Position numbers and translations under genes: made by a program. Shown one piece after another: positions 29,964-39,571 of a DNA stretch of 64,000 bases (its first letter is position 1; each line of letters begins with the position of its first letter). The stretch is taken from the IMG/VR virus record IMGVR_UViG_3300037067_019204, positions 64,001 through 128,000 of that record; one strand, 5' to 3'. Below the pieces are notes generated by a model. The model saw only the letters and a program-made list of their open reading frames with translations. It made no database searches and was not told where the DNA came from. This DNA comes from a virus. Taxonomy: Duplodnaviria > Caudoviricetes.

Positions 29964-31085
29964 ATGATGTTATTTAGACCAAAAGAGGAGTTGCATTCTG
30001 CAATGAAAGATGCTATTCAGATTATTAGTATTGGGCAATGTGGTTGCAGAATTGGCAAGGGGTTTGAAAGTTTAGGAATTCCAGTAATGTATATAAACTC
30101 TGATGAAGTTGACTTTAGAAACTTCGGAGTTTCTTCTGATAAAATGTTGCTTATTGAGGGATCTGGAACAGGTGGTTCTCCTACGAAAGGAGCCAAAATC
30201 TTTAAAAGATATAAAGAGCAAATTCTAGAATTTGTTCTTACCCGTTTGGATGATGATAAGATGGTGTGGGTAATCTTTGGGGGAGGTGGTGGTACAGGTA
30301 ATTCTATTGGTCCACTTCTTATAGACTATCTACTATCACATAAATATCCAACAGGATGTATATCTACTCTTCCTTCTTCTAGATATAATATTTTGGCAGC
30401 AGACAATGCCCTTAAAACTCTACGTATTTTAAAAGATATGCCATTAAATATGTTTGTACTGGCTGATAATGATCTTCTTGAAGAAAAAATTGGATTAGGC
30501 CAAAGCAATTGGTGGCAAAAAGTAAACCAGCATATTATATTGCACATTTCTTCTATATTTGATATTTTGCGTGAAGGAAAAATGACACAAACAGGATTGG
30601 GGTCTGTGGATAGGGGAGAAATAATGCGTATTCTCCAATATGGTAATGGAATGGCAGATGTTCGTACTACTTATTTGACACTTGATGAATTTAATCAGGA
30701 TGATACAACTATAACCAATAAATTGTTTTCTCCTTCTTTAATTGAGGGATACTCATATAAAACTACTAAAGCATACCTTGTCAGTGTTGATGTTCCTATA
30801 ATGGGTGGTTACACCGACCATGCTAAAAAGATTTTTGATTTAACAAAAGAAGTAGCTGGGACTGCTGTATCAAGACTTGGAATGTTTGTTGATCCACTTC
30901 TTACTAATTCAATAAAGGTAACATTAATTAATGCAGGTCTTTCTTTTCCAAAAACAATTCAACTTAGGATTAATAATCTTCAAAGGGATGAAGGAAGATT
31001 TATAGAGAAAAAAAATAGAAAAGATTCAATGGATTTTTCAAATATAGAAAATAAGTTCATTGATGATGATAATTTTACAATATAA
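29964..31085 (+). CDS. Tubulin/FtsZ-family GTPase (TubZ/PhuZ/CetZ-like)
   Basis: IGQCGCRIG, INS...D, GTGG, tubulin signature GGGGGTG, DN, T7-like VDRGE. Confidence 0.85.
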   Translation: MMLFRPKEELHSAMKDAIQIISIGQCGCRIGKGFESLGIPVMYINSDEVDFRNFGVSSDKMLLIEGSGTGGSPTKGAKIFKRYKEQILEFVLTRLDDDKMVWVIFGGGGGTGNSIGPLLIDYLLSHKYPTGCISTLPSSRYNILAADNALKTLRILKDMPLNMFVLADNDLLEEKIGLGQSNWWQKVNQHIILHISSIFDILREGKMTQTGLGSVDRGEIMRILQYGNGMADVRTTYLTLDEFNQDDTTITNKLFSPSLIEGYSYKTTKAYLVSVDVPIMGGYTDHAKKIFDLTKEVAGTAVSRLGMFVDPLLTNSIKVTLINAGLSFPKTIQLRINNLQRDEGRFIEKKNRKDSMDFSNIENKFIDDDNFTI

Positions 31086-31142
31086 AAAGTCTAATAATAA
31101 GGACAGTCGAAGATAAAAACACAGAACTGTGGGGAGTTATGC

Positions 31143-31493
31143 ATGGAACACAAAAGCATATTTAATGATGAAATTGCTCTTTTCAAGGAAAAAGATACCG
31201 AAGAGTTTACTCAATTTTTTGGTATGGAATTGAGTACACTTTTGGGTGTTGAATCATTTTTTGTAGATGAACTCGATAAACATTTTGAAACAGCAGAAAC
31301 CATATCTGCGAAGGATTCTATAAAAATTATTTTTGATAAGATAAAAACAATTTCTGATAATGATGATTTAGACCGCATATATAAAATATTTGCTTTTGAA
31401 CTACTTGGTAAAGTAATACGAGGGGTGGAAGAGATTAATGAAGAACAAGACGGTTCAGATAAAGAAGAAGGGATAACTCGTGTCATTAACTAA
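31143..31493 (+). CDS. Acidic hypothetical protein
   Basis: 116 aa, GGGGAG RBS. Confidence 0.65.
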   Translation: MEHKSIFNDEIALFKEKDTEEFTQFFGMELSTLLGVESFFVDELDKHFETAETISAKDSIKIIFDKIKTISDNDDLDRIYKIFAFELLGKVIRGVEEINEEQDGSDKEEGITRVIN

Positions 31494-31719
31494 TAATAGA
31501 AAAATAACATTATATGTTAAAGATCCAAAAGAGTTTCATCAAATAAGCTATAAAATCAAAGAATTATGGTATCGTAAATTTGGTGTTTCCCTTAGTAAAG
31601 GGAACATTCTTAGTACAGCATTACAATTTACAGTTGACAAATTAGAGGATGATACATCTAATGTTTTACAAGAAGAACGAGATTCTATTTTAGATAGATA
31701 TGCAAGAGTAAGTTCATAA
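31480..31719 (+). CDS. Small hypothetical protein, possible RHH-like DNA binder
   Basis: RKITLYV strand followed by two helices. Confidence 0.45.
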   Translation: MSLTNNRKITLYVKDPKEFHQISYKIKELWYRKFGVSLSKGNILSTALQFTVDKLEDDTSNVLQEERDSILDRYARVSS

Positions 31720-31728
31720 TGGTAAAAC

Positions 31729-33180
31729 ATGATCATTTCTGATAAAATATACATTAATGTTTCTGAAATAGAGAATTATGTCGCAGAAATATGCAGACTT
31801 TTTACATATAAGAACCCTGATTATTATAGAAAGAAAAGATTAAAGCTTTCTGTTAAGAATATCAGTCCCTCTCTTTATAATTATAAGCTTGAAAATATGA
31901 ATGGTATTAAATATTTAATACTACCCCGTGGATGTTTATCTAGATTAAAAGAATATTTTACTCGTAATAATGTTAGAATACGAACTCTTGATAAACGATT
32001 AACATTACCTCCCATAGATTGTCATTTAGTAAACACCATTCTTGAACCACAACAAGAATTATTGATAAAGACCTTAGTTGATAACGAGGGTGGATTGTTT
32101 GAAATGCCACCAGCTAGTGGCAAGACGAAATCTTCAATGGGTTTAATTTCGGTTATTAAACAGCCTACCCTAGTTGTTGTTCATGAAACAAACTTACAAA
32201 AACAATGGGTTGAGGAAATTAAAAAAAGTTTATCAGGAGACTTTAAAATAGGTTTGTGGGGAGAGGGAAAAAGAGAGGGGGGTGATGTAGATGTAGGCTT
32301 AATTCAAACACTACATCTTCAGGTTGATTTAGATAGAACATTTTTAGATAGATATGGAATGATTATTGTAGACGAATGCCATAGGTCTGCCTGTGTTACC
32401 TTTCTTAAAGTATTAAATAATTCAAAGGCAAAGTATAGAATAGGTATAACAGGAACTGTAGAGAGAAAGGATGGGTTAGATATTCTAACAAAAGATATAA
32501 TAGGCCCTGTTTTAATGTCTATTCCAGAGGGGCAAATAAAGCATAGAATTACTAATTTTGAATTTAAAATTATTAATACTGATGTGTCAATAAAATTACC
32601 TTCTCGTAAGAGATGGACTGGGAATAAAAAAGAAAGTATGCTAGATATATCAGAATCAATAAATTTGTTGACAAAAAATGAAAAACGTAATATATTGATT
32701 TTAGATGAAATAATTAAAGATATAGAGGATGGTTATTTGCCTCTTGTCCTTTCTGATAGAAAGGAGCATGTTCTTTATTTAGATAAAAGATTAAGGGAAT
32801 TAGGGTATAATAGTAAAACTTTAATTGGAGGAAGAAACAAGAATGAGAATTGGGAAGAAACACGGTCTGATTCTACCATTCAAGTATTTGTGGCTTCAAC
32901 CAAAAAAGCTGAAGAAGGATTAGATATTCCCCCCCTTTCATCTATTCATTTAACATGTCCATCTTCTAATTATCCAAAGATTAAACAAAGAATAGGGAGG
33001 ATAAGAAGAGAGGTGGAAGGTAAAAATTTACCAAAAGTTACAGATTATGTGGATAATTTAGTTTATTTTGAAGACCAAAATGGAGAAAAACAACATATTC
33101 TCATGTATGGTGCTAAAAACAGGATTAAATTTTATAGGAAATTACAACAAGATTATGTATTAGAAAGTTCCTCTTTGTAG
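31729..33180 (+). CDS. SF2 DExH helicase (UvsW/XPB-like)
   Basis: PASGKT, VDECH, TGT..R.DG, EGLDIP, QRIGRIRR. Confidence 0.88.
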   Translation: MIISDKIYINVSEIENYVAEICRLFTYKNPDYYRKKRLKLSVKNISPSLYNYKLENMNGIKYLILPRGCLSRLKEYFTRNNVRIRTLDKRLTLPPIDCHLVNTILEPQQELLIKTLVDNEGGLFEMPPASGKTKSSMGLISVIKQPTLVVVHETNLQKQWVEEIKKSLSGDFKIGLWGEGKREGGDVDVGLIQTLHLQVDLDRTFLDRYGMIIVDECHRSACVTFLKVLNNSKAKYRIGITGTVERKDGLDILTKDIIGPVLMSIPEGQIKHRITNFEFKIINTDVSIKLPSRKRWTGNKKESMLDISESINLLTKNEKRNILILDEIIKDIEDGYLPLVLSDRKEHVLYLDKRLRELGYNSKTLIGGRNKNENWEETRSDSTIQVFVASTKKAEEGLDIPPLSSIHLTCPSSNYPKIKQRIGRIRREVEGKNLPKVTDYVDNLVYFEDQNGEKQHILMYGAKNRIKFYRKLQQDYVLESSSL

Positions 33181-33214
33181 GTAAGAGACAAAATATAATA
33201 AAGGATGGAACATA

Positions 33215-33964
33215 ATGAATAAGACGGATTATAAAGAAGCAATCCGTCTTAGCAGGGCTTTTAACAATAGGAGTGTTGAGGACACTAAAAAGTTATATTC
33301 TACAATTCAAAAAGCAGTACATTTAGCTCAAAAAAAGGAAGGTGTTGAATCTGAAAATGCATTAAGTTTTCTTATTGAAGTATATGAGCCTTATATTAAG
33401 AAAATTTCTGGTAAATATTTTACATATGTAAGCAATCCATTAGAGTATGAAGATGTTTTGCAAGAAGTATATGTAATATTTTTAGTATTAACTTATAAAT
33501 ATGATAAGCTAATATCCTCTTTTTCATATTATATAAATTTGATGCTTCCACAGTATATGAATGTTTGGTTACAAAAAATAACACAATCATACTCTGTTCC
33601 TGTAGACATCAAAATTATAGAATCAACAATAAGCCATCCAGCTTTAGATACAGAAGATAAAGTTTATGATTATTTAAATGGAACTATTCTTGAGCGAGAG
33701 TATATCCATTTTATAGAAGAACGGGCTAAGAAAAATTCAAGAAGTAATACGGTCAAAGAAGTTTGTGATAAAATATTCTTAGGTAATACAACATGTTCTG
33801 AACTAGCCCAAGAACTGGGGATTAGTTATCATGCTGTATACGAAATAATTAATAAGATTAAAAAAGAATTGAGGTACTTTTTTAATTCAAATTGTTTTGC
33901 TGAATATTATATTACAAGTACTGGTGATTACAGTTTATTTCGTGGGGAGTTTAGATCAAAGTGA
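33215..33964 (+). CDS. Phage-encoded sigma70-family sigma factor
   Basis: Region-2-like YEDVLQEVY..FL....KYD....FSYY and region-4 HTH SELAQELGISYHAVYEIINKIKKEL. Confidence 0.7.
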   Translation: MNKTDYKEAIRLSRAFNNRSVEDTKKLYSTIQKAVHLAQKKEGVESENALSFLIEVYEPYIKKISGKYFTYVSNPLEYEDVLQEVYVIFLVLTYKYDKLISSFSYYINLMLPQYMNVWLQKITQSYSVPVDIKIIESTISHPALDTEDKVYDYLNGTILEREYIHFIEERAKKNSRSNTVKEVCDKIFLGNTTCSELAQELGISYHAVYEIINKIKKELRYFFNSNCFAEYYITSTGDYSLFRGEFRSK

Positions 33965-34149
33965 TGGGAAACAATTATTCATTAATAAAACCATTGGTTG
34001 TTTATTTGCCATCCCACATTAAAAAAAGATTAATGTATAAAATAGATTTTTTTGAACTAAATGTTCAAGATGTGGTAGGTATTTTAATACAAAGATTTAT
34101 CAATGGTGATTTTGATGAAGATTTTTCTATACCAAAATTCAAAAAATAA
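33961..34149 (+). CDS. Small hypothetical protein (RHH-like)
   Basis: 62 aa overlapping the sigma stop; strand-helix-helix pattern. Confidence 0.45.
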   Translation: MMGNNYSLIKPLVVYLPSHIKKRLMYKIDFFELNVQDVVGILIQRFINGDFDEDFSIPKFKK

Positions 34150-34163
34150 ATGAAGGAGATGCG

Positions 34164-34400
34164 ATGATGCCAATAATTTTATGGCTTGGTTTGGGTTTAG
34201 CAGGTAGTACCCTTGTTGTTCTTCATAAGTGGTATGAGGGAGAAGATGTGACAGTAAATACTATAATTTTATTTACTTTAGCATTAATGGCAGGATTTGT
34301 TATACTTGTAGGGGCTTGTGTTGTTTGGGCAATAGATCTGATTGATTACTTACAAAAAAAAGGTGTTTTTAGTAAGATTGTAATTAAAGGAAAAAAGTAA
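34164..34400 (+). CDS. Small two-TM membrane protein
   Basis: Two hydrophobic helices, AGGAG RBS. Confidence 0.65.
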   Translation: MMPIILWLGLGLAGSTLVVLHKWYEGEDVTVNTIILFTLALMAGFVILVGACVVWAIDLIDYLQKKGVFSKIVIKGKK

Positions 34401-34411
34401 AAACACACAAT

Positions 34412-34453
34412 TAAAATTAATACGATTATGGCTCCATAATCGTATTAATTTTA
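34412..34453. promoter_or_regulatory. Palindromic motif copy 3, extended to perfect 20-bp arms
   Basis: TAAAATTAATACGATTATGG-CT-CCATAATCGTATTAATTTTA; core in the opposite orientation to copies 1, 2 and 4. Confidence 0.7.
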
Positions 34454-34469
34454 TAATAGGAGAGTATAA

Positions 34470-34844
34470 TTGGAATATTTATTTGTTTATGGAACATTAC
34501 GACAAGGATGTAGTCGTCATAATGTATTAATGAGTCATAGAGCAGAACTTGTTAGTGAAGCTATATGCAAGAATATGAAACTTCTTAATATAGGTTCATT
34601 TCCCGGAATGATTGCTTCTGATAAAGAAGAAGATATGGTAAAAGGAGAACTGTATTTATTACCTGATCCTGAATCAATTATAAATATTTTAGATAGGATA
34701 GAAGGTGTGCCTTTTCTCTTTAGAAGAGAAGAAGTTGAGGTTATATGTAATGGTGAACCATGTACAGCATGGGCATATACTTATAATAGTAGTAAGAATA
34801 AAAGTTATGATGTTATAGAATCGGGGGATTTTTTGGATATTTAG
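34470..34844 (+). CDS. Gamma-glutamylcyclotransferase (AIG2/GGACT-like)
   Basis: LFVYGTL, FPGM, VKGELY, LDRIEG, AWAY, I.SGD. Confidence 0.88.
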   Translation: MEYLFVYGTLRQGCSRHNVLMSHRAELVSEAICKNMKLLNIGSFPGMIASDKEEDMVKGELYLLPDPESIINILDRIEGVPFLFRREEVEVICNGEPCTAWAYTYNSSKNKSYDVIESGDFLDI

Positions 34845-34910
34845 CTTAAAATTATTAATAATTTATATATTATTTTAAGCATATAGTATTAGCAAGGAGA
34901 AGATTTAAAA

Positions 34911-36113
34911 ATGAAAAAAATAAAAAACAATAAAAAAGATTTAGATAAAAAATCTTCTAAAACGAAAAATGAAATTAAAAAGGAAATTGGGGAAAAAATA
35001 GATGTTCTTATTAAGGATTCTAAATCTTCAAAAAAAAGATTTGAAAAAATTAAAAAAGATTTAGAAAGTAAGAAAATTAAAACTACAAACAAAGCAGAAA
35101 AAAATGAAATTGATTCAAAAATAAATAGTGTGGATGATGTGTTAGGGGATCTTAAATCTCATGTAAAAAGATTAAAAGATAAAAAACCAAAGAAAGAAAA
35201 ATCTAAAAGTAAAAAATCTAAGCCAAAGAAAATACGCCCACCAAAAAAGAAAACACCTGAACAAGAATTTATTGCCCTTATAAAAGAAGGAAAACCTAGT
35301 TTAGAAGCATTCAAAGTTATATTTGATAATATCCAGACAGGTATATTTGATAGTATTCTTGAGTTATCACCTATTTTTGAATTTTATATAACTGAAAATA
35401 ATGCTATGGTATGGACCAAGGAAGAAAATCAAATATTAGCACATTCAAACTGTGAGGGAGAATTGGAGCTTGTAGAGGATGAAAAAGAAAAACAGATTGC
35501 AGTACCTTATGCTACTATTGGTGGTGATTGTGTCTTTCCTTTATCAAAAATTAAAAATAAAAAATCTATTTCTTATATTAAGGAAATGGAAAATTCAATT
35601 ATAACTAAAATAAGTGCTGATATAAAAGAAAAACTGATTAGTGCTATAGTAGAATTAGGAGATTTTGCAGACAAAAAGCATATTTTTCGCTACAAAAATA
35701 AAAAAAATAAAAATTCATTTTTTAATTTTATAATTAATGCTTTTGCTAAAACACCTATAAACATATATGGGACATTTCTTCTTTCCCAAGAAACAAAAGA
35801 TATACTTATAAAATATAAAGAAGACATGAAACAACAAACCTCAGAAGAAGATGGGGAATATATTATTGTTCAAAATAGTATAGATATTATTATAGAGAAT
35901 AGTGTTTTGTATAAAAATTTAGCATTAGGTGAAATTTATTGTTTGGTTTATTCACCACATGGTAAACCTTTTGGTTATGCTGCTTTAAGAGAACTAATGG
36001 GGGTTTCTTCTGATAAATTTGTACTTGGTCAGCCTTGTTATGGGTATAGTGTTTTTTGTATGTTATCTTATGTAATCCCAAATATTCAGCAAGTATATAA
36101 AATTATATTATAA
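34911..36113 (+). CDS. Lys-rich N-terminus fused to a divergent HK97-fold major-capsid-like domain
   Basis: First ~115 aa very basic. C-terminal part has IAVP.ATI....FPL..I and GEIY...FG...LRE......YGYSVF.......N patterns recalled from encapsulin-like phage capsids. Adjacent to terminase. Confidence 0.4.
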   Translation: MKKIKNNKKDLDKKSSKTKNEIKKEIGEKIDVLIKDSKSSKKRFEKIKKDLESKKIKTTNKAEKNEIDSKINSVDDVLGDLKSHVKRLKDKKPKKEKSKSKKSKPKKIRPPKKKTPEQEFIALIKEGKPSLEAFKVIFDNIQTGIFDSILELSPIFEFYITENNAMVWTKEENQILAHSNCEGELELVEDEKEKQIAVPYATIGGDCVFPLSKIKNKKSISYIKEMENSIITKISADIKEKLISAIVELGDFADKKHIFRYKNKKNKNSFFNFIINAFAKTPINIYGTFLLSQETKDILIKYKEDMKQQTSEEDGEYIIVQNSIDIIIENSVLYKNLALGEIYCLVYSPHGKPFGYAALRELMGVSSDKFVLGQPCYGYSVFCMLSYVIPNIQQVYKIIL

Positions 36114-36122
36114 GCGGTTCAT

Positions 36123-39100
36123 ATGGCATTAGGTGATAAATTATTAGATCCCGGTTTTAACCCAACTGATCCATCACGATCAAAAATTGATGGCTTTCCT
36201 TATTTTAAAAGTGTAATAAAATGTCCTGTTACTTTTACCAATGATATTATTGAATACGCAGAGAGCAAGGATTTCATCGGGGGTAAACTTCGCCCTTTAC
36301 AAAAATTATTTCTGGAAGAACTTTTTTCAAGAGATACTTTGGGCAATTACAGATATACTGAAGGTGTGCTGTGTTCAGGAATGCGCGGAGGTAAGACGCT
36401 TATAAAAGGCACACCTTTGCTTATGTATAATGGCACAATAAAAAAAGTTGAAGAGCTTCATCTTGGTGATTTAGTAATGGGTCCAGATTCAACACCTCGT
36501 ACTGTATTAGAAATACATAGTGGTGTGTCGGAGCTTTTTGAAATACAACAATCTTGTGCAATGACATATACTGTTAATGAATACCACATACTTTCTCTTA
36601 AAAAAGCCCAATCAGCTAAAAATGCAGATTTAAAATCACGTAATAGCAGGGGACGTTTTCCCAACGAACCAGAAATTGTTAATATACCAATTAAAGATTA
36701 TTTAAAAAAATCTAAGAAATGGAAATATTTCTTTAGGGGGTACAAAGCAGGACTAATAAATTTTCCAATTAAGGAAGTTTTATTAGATCCTTACTTTCTA
36801 GCTTGTTGGCTTGCCGATGGTACATCTATAGCCCCAGAGATAACATCTCCTGATATAGAAATAAAAAGTTATTTACAAGATTTTGCAAATAAGAACAATT
36901 TAAGATTATCTGTTGGTAAGAAAAAAGGAACAACAGCAGAAACACTTCGTTTATGCCGCATAACGGGAATGGCAAATCCAATTTTAGATAAATTAAAATC
37001 TTTAAATGTCTACAATAATAAACATATACCATTAGAATATATTGCAAATAGTAAAGAAATAAGATTACAAATATTAGCTGGGATGCTTGATTGTGATGGT
37101 TATTATACAAAAAAGCATGGATATGAAATAACATTAGCTAATAAAACATTGGCATATGATGTTAAACGTATTGCTGATACTTTAGGATACAGGACACACA
37201 TAAGACATAAAAGAACAACATGTAATTATAATAATTTTGTTGGGGATGGTTGGAGATTATCTATTTATGGAAATGTTTGGGAAATACCATGTAAAGTAGA
37301 AAGAAAAAAGTATGTTTACAATGGAAAGTTTTCAAATAAGGAGCAAGGTTTATCTTCTCTTAAAGTAACTTCGATTGGACAAGGAGAATATTATGGAATC
37401 GGTGTTGACAAAGATAACCTATATTGCCTAGCCGATGGTACTGTAACACACAATTCTTGGTTAGCTGCTTTAATTAGTACATATATGACTCAATTCATGC
37501 TTCAGTTTAATGACCCTGCTGTCCAATTTGGGCAATCACCCGGAACTCGTCTTACTGCACAATGTATTGCCACAACAGAGATCCAAGCAAAAGAAACAGT
37601 TTTTGCCCATGTAGAAAGTTTGATTTCAAAAACAGATTGGTGGAAAAAATATATTTCTTATTTGGTGGAAAGGGAAACTGCTGAAAATAAAAAAGGTCAA
37701 TTATTTACACAGTTTAAATTAGCATTTGAATTTCCTGAAAAAAGTTTAGCCATACTTTCTTTGCACTCAAACTCTGGTGCTTTAGCTGGTAAAACAAGTT
37801 ATTGTGTTGTTCTTGATGAGCTTAGTCGATTTGATGTGGCAGAAGGGAGCGTACAAACAAGAGAGGAAAAAAGAACAGCCGATGCTGTATACTCTACTGT
37901 AACACGTTCTTGCTCAACACTGGGTGCAATAAGTAAAGTTGTAACCATATCTTCTCCTATGTTTGAAGACGATTACACCATGCAATTGGTTGGAATGGCT
38001 GGGGCGTGTTATGTTAATCAAATGGCATCTATTATAAATCCTTTACGAACAAAGTATGATAGTAAAAGAGCACCTAGCTTATATGCTATGCATGCTACAA
38101 GTTTTGAATTAAATCCAAAAACAGAAGATAATCCAACAGGGCTATCAGAAGATGACCCACGATTTATTAATGAAAAACAAAAGAATCCTGAGACATATAG
38201 ACGTGACTATTTAGCTATACCACCTGCAACTATTAATCCATTTTTTGAATATCCAGAACGGATTGATAGGGTTATCCATAAAAGAGATAAAATGGTATTA
38301 TTTTCTGATAAAATAATAGAAGAAATGATTCAGAGTGATCATGGTGCTATTCAACGTTTATACATAGGAAAAAAAGTATTGCCTTTGATTCAAGATAGAA
38401 TGAAGAAATATTATGTTTGTGTTGACCAAGGAGAAAAGAAAGACCATTTTACATTAGCAATGGGACATGTTGAAGAGATCCCTATAGAGACTCAAAAAGA
38501 AAGTGGGGAAAAAGAAGAAAGAATAAGACTTAAAATAATTATAGATTTTGTTGAGGGCTGGGTTCCTGATAAAGAAAACCGTGTTACAGTTTCATTTCAA
38601 AATGTGGAAGAATCTATTAAGCTTCTTTGCACATGGTTTAATGTTGGTTCGGTAGCGTATGACCAATGGGCATCTATTGAATCAATCCAAAGATTGTTTT
38701 CAGAAGGTATTTATACTCAACAACTTGGTGCAACAATTGAAATGTATGATATTTTTAAACAACTTATTTATCAAGGACAAATTGAACTTCCAGATCATGA
38801 AATTCTTTTACGTGAACTTAAACAATTAACAAATATAAAATCTAAAAAAATTGAACACCCTGTTTCTGGAAGTAAAGACTACTCAGATGCTTGTTGCCGT
38901 GTTATTTGGTTGTGTTATGAAGAATATATCCTTAATACAATAGAGGGTAAACATATTTTACCCATGCGCCAGAGTCTTCCAACCATACGATCAGTTGCCA
39001 CTTTTTATGAGTTAGCAAGAATGAATCAGAACAATCCCCATGCCGCTATATGGGGGCAGAGTCGAGCCGGAGAAGGGGTGTTTGGAGACGGGATGGTCGT

Positions 39101-39137
39101 GCGGCAAAATGTGATGCCAAATTTAAAAAATAATTAA
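36123..39137 (+). CDS. terL: Terminase large subunit interrupted by an intein
   Basis: Walker A GMRGGK|S split by intein, Walker B VVLDE, ISSP, nuclease CVDQG...DHF, YDQW, SKDYSDA. Confidence 0.88.
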   Translation: MALGDKLLDPGFNPTDPSRSKIDGFPYFKSVIKCPVTFTNDIIEYAESKDFIGGKLRPLQKLFLEELFSRDTLGNYRYTEGVLCSGMRGGKTLIKGTPLLMYNGTIKKVEELHLGDLVMGPDSTPRTVLEIHSGVSELFEIQQSCAMTYTVNEYHILSLKKAQSAKNADLKSRNSRGRFPNEPEIVNIPIKDYLKKSKKWKYFFRGYKAGLINFPIKEVLLDPYFLACWLADGTSIAPEITSPDIEIKSYLQDFANKNNLRLSVGKKKGTTAETLRLCRITGMANPILDKLKSLNVYNNKHIPLEYIANSKEIRLQILAGMLDCDGYYTKKHGYEITLANKTLAYDVKRIADTLGYRTHIRHKRTTCNYNNFVGDGWRLSIYGNVWEIPCKVERKKYVYNGKFSNKEQGLSSLKVTSIGQGEYYGIGVDKDNLYCLADGTVTHNSWLAALISTYMTQFMLQFNDPAVQFGQSPGTRLTAQCIATTEIQAKETVFAHVESLISKTDWWKKYISYLVERETAENKKGQLFTQFKLAFEFPEKSLAILSLHSNSGALAGKTSYCVVLDELSRFDVAEGSVQTREEKRTADAVYSTVTRSCSTLGAISKVVTISSPMFEDDYTMQLVGMAGACYVNQMASIINPLRTKYDSKRAPSLYAMHATSFELNPKTEDNPTGLSEDDPRFINEKQKNPETYRRDYLAIPPATINPFFEYPERIDRVIHKRDKMVLFSDKIIEEMIQSDHGAIQRLYIGKKVLPLIQDRMKKYYVCVDQGEKKDHFTLAMGHVEEIPIETQKESGEKEERIRLKIIIDFVEGWVPDKENRVTVSFQNVEESIKLLCTWFNVGSVAYDQWASIESIQRLFSEGIYTQQLGATIEMYDIFKQLIYQGQIELPDHEILLRELKQLTNIKSKKIEHPVSGSKDYSDACCRVIWLCYEEYILNTIEGKHILPMRQSLPTIRSVATFYELARMNQNNPHAAIWGQSRAGEGVFGDGMVVRQNVMPNLKNN
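36396..37454 (+). mobile_element. Intein with LAGLIDADG homing endonuclease (353 aa), first residue Thr
   Basis: Begins TLIKGTP...V.EL..GD.VMGPD; block B VNEYHIL; WLADG and LAGMLDCDG; ends LADGTVTHN followed by Ser+1. Confidence 0.9.
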
Positions 39138-39176
39138 TAAAAAAACGGGTAAAGACCTTTCGATCTTTACCCGTTT
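39138..39176 (-). terminator. Rho-independent terminator, strongest on the - strand, probably bidirectional
   Basis: AAACGGGTAAAGA/TCTTTACCCGTTT stem; T7 tract on the - strand. Confidence 0.8.
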
Positions 39177-39320
39177 ATCAGAAGTAAACGCACAGGATTG
39201 TGAGTGGTAGCAAAAAAATGTGTGATCTATTTTGCCCCTTCTCAAAAAGAAATTGTCTGATACAATTTCTCCTTTAAGGCCAGTCTTCTTAATGCAAGAA
39301 GAAACTAAACGGTTGGCCTA
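39138..39320 (-). ncRNA. Candidate tracrRNA-like structured RNA
   Basis: Three hairpins, then an anti-repeat (39180-39197) complementary to the CRISPR repeat, then the terminator. Possible TTGAAT.../TAATAT promoter at 39325-39351. Confidence 0.55.
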
Positions 39321-39360
39321 ATTTATATTATATTTTTTCTTATATATTCAAGGTGCCTAT

Positions 39361-39571
39361 CCAGTCTTCCTGTGCGTAAGGGCTTCTAGTCTGCTGTTGT
39401 CTCTTAAAGTATACTAAACATCCCGTCTTCCTGTGCGTAAGGGCTTCTATCAGAAAGAAACATGTAATGTATTCCTTTTGAACCCGTCTTCCTGTGCGTA
39501 AGGGCTTCTAAGAAACATTAATAGATTGTAGCTATTAGAATACCCCGTCTTCCTGTGCGTAAGGGCTTCTA
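39361..39571 (-). CRISPR. Mini CRISPR-like array: 4 repeats (28 nt), 3 spacers (33 nt), no cas genes in window
   Basis: + strand repeat CCCGTCTTCCTGTGCGTAAGGGCTTCTA at 39361 (CCA variant), 39422, 39483, 39544; 61-bp period, unique spacers. Orientation inferred from the degenerate left repeat and the - strand operon. Confidence 0.85.

Noticed and set aside
31083-31113. Possible fourth sigma28-like promoter on the + strand
   Set aside because: Spacing and -10 (GTCGAAGA) do not match the three consistent copies.
39361-39571. Interpretation as a TIGR array or simple tandem repeat
   Set aside because: The unit is one 28-nt repeat plus one unique 33-nt spacer, with no dual-spacer 36-nt units or box C/D motifs and no Nop-domain ORF recognised.
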